A stretch of DNA of 61,947 nt, filler included, from Choristocarpus tenellus KU-1152 (Eukaryota; Protista; Phaeophyceae), in NCBI GenBank assembly GCA_964200185.2. It is 9 parts of 9 records of this genome, joined end to end, with 100 filler letters (N's around TTAATTAATTAA, not from the genome) between each part and the next. Parts side by side here need not be neighbours in the genome. Positions count along the whole stretch, not along the records: positions 51,968 to 55,970 come from CAXNAD020016716.1; positions 56,071 to 58,630 come from CAXNAD020026774.1; positions 58,731 to 61,947 come from CAXNAD020021462.1; 6 more parts are not named here. One strand, written 5' to 3'. Each line of letters starts with the position of its first letter. Position 1 is the first letter of the stretch. The translations under genes were made by a program, and so were the position numbers. The notes beneath the pieces were generated by a model. It was given only the letters and a program-made list of their open reading frames with translations, was not told where the DNA came from and did not search any database. Shown here piece after piece: positions 53,860 through 61,947 of this stretch.

Positions 53860-55925
53860 ATGATTAACGCGGACAAAATTATGGAAGAAGTAGACTGTGA
53901 CTACTTGGTTATCGGGGCGGGGTCTAGTGGCTGTGTGGTCACATCAAGACTCGTACGACTTGGCCTCAAGGTAGTCTTGATAGAGGGAGGTCCTGTCAAT
54001 GCCTACAAACACCCTCATGTGCGCCGACCTCACTTATGGATCAAAGCAGCGAGTAGTGGGACCCCGATCTCTGAACCGTTCCTGACAGTACCCCAAGAAC
54101 ACCTCAACTCCCGCCGGATCCCAGCTTATAGAGGTTTAGGGGCGGGAGGTACAAGCAATGTCAATGCTTCACTGTACTTCCGAGGGAGGTAAACATGAGT
54201 TTGGACGTGGCACAGGAGTAACTTCTTGGAGCTCTTTAACAGACCTGAAAAATATGTTTTTACCGAGCCTTACATTAGGTTGTCTCGAGATTACCACTGA
54301 AGGGAGGCAGTAACAGTTCCATACCCTCCAACAACCTTCGTAATTTTCGACAGGAAGGATGACTATCAGGGGCACTGGCCATGGGACCTTAAGGACATAC
54401 AGGTAACTCGATAGCCCCCAAGGTGGTTTTGGTTTGTAGGAATGACTTTTCTCAGCTTCTTCGTACCTGTTGGAATGACCTGCGGTCAAATCTTGCCTCT
54501 AAATGTTGCTTACGACCCCGCCCACATTCTAGTCGAGTTTCGAGGCGGTCGAGTCAGAACTAGAGCTGGAAGAATACGAATCCCCCGGGTATTTTGGGGA
54601 TACCTTCGCCACCATGATGGGCCAGGCGGGATTCACAACTGAGGCCTCAGGTGGAAGGACCTCGCCATGGACCGAGGAAGGTCTTCAAAAGAAGTGGATG
54701 TGTACAACAACCTCTGGGGGGGAACGACAGACCGCATGGGAGGGTTTCATTAATCCTCTGCTGGCCATGCCCAACCTCGAAATTAGGGATGATACCATGG
54801 CTACTAAGATCCTGGTGGAGGATGGGAGGGCCGTAGGGGTGGAACTGCTGCAACAACGTGGTAGGGGCAGAGGGTGTCGGATTACGCAGCTCCGCCTCAA
54901 ACGTACTGGGGCAGAGGTGATCCTTTGCGGAGGAGTTTTCCGCACTCCCAAATTGTTGATGCTATCGGGAATTGGCCCTAGGCAACACCTTGATGAGATG
55001 AAGATACCAGTACTTGTGGAATCGGAACAGGTGAGTGGGGTGCCCGTCGCTGCATCCCTCTTCCGACTGAAAACTATTTGATCTTTTATGCTGCTAGGTT
55101 CAGAGTCGGCATGTCTACAATATTCCACACCTATCCTCTAGGTTCTCATGCCACTTTTTGTGGTGAATTCTCAAGCCTGGAGGTTACGCTGTTGACAGTC
55201 ATACTTTGTTGTTCCAGGCATGATGTTGTTGCAAGCGTTGTTGATGTAGACCTGTCCAAAAGGTGGTGTGGGTGGGATGGTATTGTGGGTACATATTGAA
55301 GGTAGAAAACTGGACTCTACTAATTGCTCTAGACTGTCTTGAGTTTTCTCCCTTTGATACTGATGGATATCGATGTTTTGTGCTTGAGCTTGAGAGTCTT
55401 TGATGTCACAAGGGTGTGCCCTAGATTTTATGTTTCCACAAATCCTGGCGGATCAGCTCTGATAGGGGTTTGCTGTGTACATTGTTTGATAGTCTGCCTT
55501 CTTAAAGCTGTTTCAGATCCAGATCAGTCTTCCTTGCCGCAAACACAAAAACGTACACATAACACTTGTGAACATGTGTACATAACACTTACAAAAAACA
55601 CACATAACACTTGTGAACATGTGCACATAACACTTGTGAACACGCACACACAAACACAACACTTGTTAACACACACACACGCACACGCACACACAAACAA
55701 ACACACAATTATCGTGCCCCGGACCTGTCCTTTCCCACACACGCAGTATCACCCTACGCCCCCCTCCCTTAACAGGTCGGTTGCAACTTACAAGACCACC
55801 TGTTGATCTCAACGGCCACCCTGAACAAGAAGACAGTCACTGCAGAGGACTGCACAGAAGACGGATGCCACGGACACCTGCACTTCTCTGTTCCTACCTC
55901 TCCCCCCACTGCAAGAGAGCCCGCC
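53860..55925 (+). CDS. GMC (glucose-methanol-choline) oxidoreductase, 5' part
   Basis: Exons 53860-54188, 54354-54402, 54533-55030 and 55776 to the contig end. Motifs DYLVIGAGSSG, RGLGAGGTSNVNA, EVILCGGVFRTPKLLMLSGIGP and VGCNLQDH. Confidence 0.95.
55555..55645. repeat. Intronic degenerate tandem repeat (ACACATAACACTTGTGAACATGTG-like)
   Basis: CATAACACTT occurs four times, three of them followed by GTGAACA. Confidence 0.75.
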
Positions 55926-55970
55926 TCCCCCCCCCCCCCCCCGCCCCCCCCCCCCCCCCCCCCCCCCACC

Positions 55971-56070
55971 NNNNNNNNNNNNNNNNNNNNNNNNNNNNNN
56001 NNNNNNNNNNNNNNTTAATTAATTAANNNNNNNNNNNNNNNNNNNNNNNNNNNNNNNNNNNNNNNNNNNN
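55971..56070. other. Artificial contig linker
   Basis: 44N-TTAATTAATTAA-44N. Confidence 0.99.
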
Positions 56071-56074
56071 GTGT

Positions 56075-56134
<60 letters not shown>

Positions 56135-56744
56135 ATGTAGGGGTTTGTTTGGTAACATAAGTGTGGTTGTTGGGATTAAAAAAAAAGGGGAAAAAACACA
56201 AAAAATATGCCCTTGCGCACCGTATATATTTAACAGGTTGATTACACACGTAACTGATTCTCAAGAAACAGGTGAGCTGGGGTACTCGGCACACTACAAC
56301 AGCCACCTAATATCAAACACAGAGACACGATTTTACACCTCTCCTTTCCCCCCCCCAAATAACCAATGCTGTCACACAGAGAGTTTAAATCAACACAACC
56401 TGATTTCAATGTAAACACACACACACACGCATGCACACACACGCATGCACACACACACACCACAGACAGTATTATTAGTTCTACCCTACCACGCTTTTCC
56501 AAACAATAAAAATGTACATAATAATAAAAACATATGGAAAAAAATAAATAAATATATATATATATATGTATCATCAGATTTCCTTTTTATCACATCACTC
56601 CCTTATCCCTACTCTTAACTCAACCTCCAACTTTTAACCCCATCATACCTCAACCCACCTGCTGCCTGCCCTAACCCTAAACAAAACCTTACAGCCTCCC
56701 ACCAAACCCCTACAAGCATGTCCCTACTGAGGCAGACTTCTCAC

Positions 56745-58418
56745 CCATCTTGGTTCTGGTGGTTCACTGATTTCTCATCCACTCCAAGTAGCCTAACAAC
56801 CTGCCCATTGCCCACCCATGCCGCCCAGTGCAGCGCAGTGTTCCCTGCAGCATCAGCTGCTGTCAGGGACGCTCCGTGAGTCAACAGTGCCTGAAATTGA
56901 GGCAAGACATACCAGACAGTACTTTTATTTCATCTTTTAAGTGCGACAATATTGGAGTTTACAAACAGCAGGAGTGGAGGTTTCCTGACAGTCTGAGGGA
57001 AGGGGGAGGTTTGTAGTGATCTCCTCTCTTGCCAGGCTAATTTAGTCATCTATATAAACAGTAACTTGTTTGAATATCACCATGCTCTGCCGCCATCCAA
57101 ACAACCACAAAACCAGGAACACATCAGGGGGAATAAAAGAGGGAAATGTTGGGGGGGGAATACACAAGAGGCCAAGTGTAGCACACCTTCCTAATCTCTG
57201 TCGCCATCTACACCATCAGATTATCTCTTACTATCAAATCAAATCAGCTCCACATCCATGTTCCCTCTCACCCTCCCCCTGCTTGCCCAACACGTATTTT
57301 CCAACCTGTGACCTCGACCAAAGACACCCCCACGCATAATGCAATTACTTGAAGCATAGCACCCCACCTTGCACAGGGCATACGCTGTTTCAGGACCAGT
57401 ACCAACCCCATCACTGTCCCCAGGAGCACCTTGCATGGAGGCTGCCAACATGAGAGGGGTAAAACCATACCTACATAGAGGGCACAGGCAGGCAGAAAAA
57501 TTGGTTGGGATACAGGGACCCAGGGTTAGGGTTAGGGTTGTGGTACCAAAAGATACAGAACGTGATTATGGGACAGGGACGAAGTTGAGGTGCCTATCTG
57601 GGAGGCTACACAACTATGGGTGAGAAAAGGGAACAAGGGGTGGGGGAGGAAACGGAGAGTAGGTGAGAAGAAGATCGCCATTAAACTTTCCATCGCCATC
57701 GAACTTTCCATTGTAAGCACCCTCCAGTAGCAAAACAGGTCAGCACAGACTCCTCCCAACAAAACACGACAAAGAGTCGAGAGAGGGGCTGACCATGGTA
57801 TAGACAGGTACAACCACAGAGCCCCAAGACACTAACACCTGTTCTCATACTGCACCGACTTAGAAATAAGAATATCTTGCACATAAAATTCAACATAAAA
57901 AGAGCCGGCTGCTGAGGCATTGGTGCTGGGGATTGCATTCTTGGTTTTAGGCAGTGTGCTATAATACACACTACAATATATACACTATTACAGGTATGTT
58001 GTATAGTAGCTGGAAGGGCTCTTATAGAGAGGTAGTTAGCCGTATATGCGGAGTTGGGGATTTGGATAAGGATCAAAATGAAAAATATGGATGCATGTAA
58101 GGATAGGTTTCTCATGACTTGGACAGGCGGTGATAATTGTCGTGGTGGTAGGAGCTTGGCCATCAGCGTTACAACTATGAAAAAAACCATAGGACAAGGC
58201 TATCTTGCGAGGCTTGGTTGGGAACAACCAGACTGTGGAGGGGGAGGGGTTAGACATTAAAAAAAAACAAGATCCTGCCAAAAAACAGCAAGCCAAGCCT
58301 GCTGAGCACGTCTTGTGCTTGGGGGCGCAGGGTTGGGGGTCACAACCAACCACAAATAAGAACAATTAATGAAAGGAAAACACTCAACACTACATGCTGA
58401 GGCGTATCTCTCTCTCTT

Positions 58419-58465
<47 letters not shown>

Positions 58466-58630
58466 ACCAAACAGCAAACAAAACAATCTACTGCATCATC
58501 ACCTGTCCACCTCATTGACAAGGTCCAGCAGCGGCTCTGGCAACACCCTATCACCCTCCCCAACCCCCTCCCCCCCGGCGCCAGCACCACCTTCACCGGC
58601 CCTCTCCGCCACTCTCCCCTCGCCCTCCGC
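56745..58630 (-). CDS. Ankyrin-repeat protein, three internal exons
   Basis: Exons contig end-58503 (..PEPLLDLVNEVD-R), 57470-57368 (YGFTPLMLAASMQG...YALCK) and 56890-56745 (ALLTHGASLTAADAAGNTALHWAAWVGNGQVVRLL...VNHQNQDG). Phases are consistent. Confidence 0.88.
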
Positions 58631-58730
58631 NNNNNNNNNNNNNNNNNNNNNNNNNNNNNNNNNNNNNNNNNNNNTTAATTAATTAANNNNNNNNNNNNNN
58701 NNNNNNNNNNNNNNNNNNNNNNNNNNNNNN
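58631..58730. other. Artificial contig linker
   Basis: 44N-TTAATTAATTAA-44N. Confidence 0.99.
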
Positions 58731-59942
58731 ATCCTCCATAGTATGCTCTATCCTCAATTTTGGTGAGAGGCTGTTATCTCTCCAATTTTTCGAGTTGAAC
58801 CACAAAATGTTGAGGGTCGCTTTGTCTTACTAAGTCGAACAAAATTATTATGCGAGAGCCACCCTTCAATCGCACACATACACACATACGTATGAAATTC
58901 TGAAGAACACACAAGTGGCCCTTTGGTACCTCTGCTGGTACCTTAAGAATCTTGTTCCTTCTCTCTGTGGTGGTACAAGAACCATATTTTTCCCTATTTC
59001 AAAAAAAACAAACCAAACAGGCACATACACATAAAATATTATTTCTGTTCGTAGGGAAGAGTATGCTCTCGCAGTAATGTTCCTTTGTGTTCGTTTGGTT
59101 GGGAGGGTGGCTTGATCGATTGGAATGATAAGAGAAATCCCAATTTCTTGGATGTATGGTCATCCATTCATAAAAATTTAGCGGAACATACTTCTAATCA
59201 CTAGAACCAGAAACTATTACGGATAGAACATAAAAAAACAGGAAATTCAAACACGTGAAATTTTTTGTTACGATCATCGCTACATAGTAAAAACTCCGAA
59301 CGTCGAGAACGAGCAGATGATTAATTATACATCTAACAATCTGATAATACATACAAGGAACTATAGAGCATTTTATCAAGGACAAGCTTCTATTCCGTAA
59401 GGAATACACCAACAGGGATTTGAAAGCCCAATACATAGGTGGGCGAAGGTGTGTTGAGGACAAGTACTTACATTGGTTCTAGGTGCCACAGATGAATGGG
59501 TGGAACATAAATATTAGAAGATCACAAAGGCATGGCGCACAACATGGTGTGATATCGGTTTTAAAGGGAGTACCATCAGCCAAGAGAACTGTTCAGACAA
59601 AAAGGAAACCATTGCATACCAACACCCAACAGTACGATCAGCCAAAAAAGAACCTTATCCCTCCCTCATAGTAAAAAAAGATACAGGCAGGTATCCTCAT
59701 GTGAGTGGAGCCCTTCTAAACAAAACGATGAATCGATAGTTTTGCTCTTTTGCTGCCCTCTTGATAAGGAGGAGTCATACACTACACCAAGCAAGCATAC
59801 TTTTTACTAAAGTTTGGACCACAGTCAGTGGCATGTAAGAAAACCACACTCTTTTTTTCTTAACAAAAGTATCGTACAGTTTCCCCCTTCCACCATGGCC
59901 TCCTCTCGCAATACTAAACGAATAGTGTGCGTTGCACTGCTA

Positions 59943-59944
<2 letters not shown>

Positions 59945-59979
<35 letters not shown>

Positions 59980-59990
59980 GTTATTATTAT
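59945..59990. repeat. (TTA)n microsatellite
   Basis: Directly visible. Confidence 0.95.
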
Positions 59991-60998
59991 GCGTTAATAC
60001 TTATAAATAAACGAACCACTGAACATACCTCTGCACTTAAATTTCCTTGCTGAACCAATAGAGGCCACTGTACTACAGGTAGTTCCATGTAAGCTGGTCG
60101 GCATGTGTGAGAGCATCAAATAGTATGCTCGCAGGGGTCAACAACAATATCAATATCAATATCAATACAACGTACACAGCGGCTGCAGAGACCATACCAG
60201 AAAGAAAAAAAAAAAACATACACACACACACATACATACAGTCACAAGCAAGCATCACTAATATACCAACACACACAATACACAACCCAAAATAAAAATA
60301 AATAACTCACTCAGAAGAATGCAGGAAATTTCTCGTGCCCTCTCCCTAGACCAACCTTCCTGAACAGACAGATTCAAAGAAGCAAAAAAGGAAAAAATAA
60401 AAAACAAAAAAGAACAGCAGAGTAGCAGTTGCGGTATATAAAAAAACAAAAAAAAAATCTAGACCTCTCCCGCTGCCCCAGTCACTTTTTTTTTCTAATC
60501 AGTGCTCACCATAAACAAAAACCTACTCTGTCCGTTGCCATCAACGCGCCCCTAAAAAGGAGCAAACAGGGGAAGAGTCGCTTCCTGGGTAAGGGCCCCC
60601 ATTAACGGATACCCAATTCTCGTATGTACGATACTACTCCTTGCTGCTGTTCATGTGGGGTTTTCTACACTTCTACTGGTACTTCTACCAGTATGTAACC
60701 CAGTCCTGAAAAGCAAAAGGGGAAATGTGCTGTGTAAGCCAAGGTTTCATTTCTTCGCCTTGCTACTCCCCAGGCCAATCTAGGCCCTGAACCCAAATCA
60801 GAACTTTTTCCTCTCCTAAATCAGTGATACAGATATTTATCCTGGCACTCAACCTCTGTCATGCCTCTCAAGATCATTCCATCAACACACCAATGCAGAT
60901 CCCCATAAGGCATCAAAATATGCATTGGTACCACAGTCATTTTCCTGTGGTGGTCATTTCCTTTATCCTTCAAGCCCATACCCTCACGCCCTGTTTCG

Positions 60999-61054
60999 TT
61001 TTGAAACCCTATTACATTTTGAAACCCTATTTCATTTTGAAACCCTATTTCATT
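60999..61054. repeat. 18-bp minisatellite, 3 copies (TTTTGAAACCCTATTTCA)
   Basis: Three near-identical tandem units. Confidence 0.9.
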
Positions 61055-61146
61055 CTTCAGTCCTCCCTTCAGATTATTGGTTTCAAACTTTGTTTCTTTC
61101 CACTTTCTGCTTCCAAAACATAACACCCCACAAAAGCACACACACA

Positions 61147-61177
<31 letters not shown>

Positions 61178-61947
61178 GCGCCTGTCCTGAATGAAGCTCA
61201 TCACCAACAGTCTAAAGAGATATTTTTTCAAATCATGAAGAGGAATCAAATCAAATCAAATCACTTCCGAGCACCAGCCAGGCCAGCCGCAAGCAGGTCA
61301 TTGGTCTCCTTCTTAGAACCCTTGCCCTAGGGATTAGTAGCATCATCAATAGCATTGCCAAGTCATCCGTTGTCACAGTACCATTTTGTTCAGAAGAGGG
61401 GAAAAGGAGGGGGAAGATGTGTTATGTGGGGGAGGGAAGAGCAGGAGTAAACTCTCGACAAAAAAAGAAAGAATAATAATAATAATAATTACAATGTAAA
61501 GGAAACTAATCAACTCATGTCTAAGTAACTACAATAACAGGTGTATCCAGGACTTTCCTTTTTCAAGATAAAGTTTCCAATTAGCAGGTTTCAGAAAGAA
61601 GTACCGGGGGGGGGGGGGGGGGGGGTCTTATCTTTTTTTTTTAAGATCGATGAAGGGGTGTTTAGCCTGTAATGTGATACGTAGGCTGTCCAGCAGGGCC
61701 CTAGCCTATGATTCCTCTATTGCCAAATTTCAATAACCTTGACCCTAAGTATTGTAGTCAATCAGTATTGTAGTGAATCTTACACAAAAAATCTACAACC
61801 ACACATAACACATACAAAGTTAGCTAGATCTCTATCATTAAATTTCCCACAGACAGGCACAGACTCTCCCTCTGTACGCCCCCACCCCTTCTACCCACAG
61901 GTACAGCAAATCCCCGTCCACCCTGGTAGAGCGCCAGTTTGTGTCAT

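Noticed and set aside
56071-56133. Long poly-G/poly-C tracts at contig ends as G-quadruplex elements
   Set aside because: Tract lengths at contig ends are unreliable and may be sequencing or assembly artefacts.
1230-58630. All genes together as one functional cluster
   Set aside because: They lie on separate contigs joined artificially and have unrelated functions.
58731-61947. Possible small exons in the last contig (near 59690-59700 and from 61901)
   Set aside because: Splice-like signals are present, but there is no recognisable product or consistent exon chain.

Overview
Eukaryotic, intron-rich DNA, most likely from a photosynthetic stramenopile (brown-alga-like ochrophyte, inferred from an aureochrome-type LOV gene, a bipartite plastid presequence, FNIP repeats and the retroelement type). 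The window is not contiguous: nine contigs are joined by eight artificial 100-bp linkers (44 N + TTAATTAATTAA + 44 N), so adjacency across linkers means nothing. Most ORFs in the track are noise. I reconstructed eight spliced genes by hand: a plastid-targeted cofactor-dependent phosphoglycerate mutase with a Cys-containing acidic tail, a class V PLP enzyme (partial), a GFxGGF repeat protein (partial), THADA/Trm732 (partial), DOLPP1, the 3' end of an aureochrome/LOV gene, a GMC oxidoreductase (partial) and an ankyrin-repeat protein (partial). Decayed elements include two DD39D-type mariners inside the LOV gene intron, a hAT transposase relic, two CRE-like non-LTR fragments, a Tourist-like MITE family, an FNIP pseudogene and an AAA-ATPase relic. 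I found no clearly new multi-gene system. The best leads are the CP12-like tail on the mutase and the virus-like repeat protein. All family assignments come from motif recognition, not from database searches.
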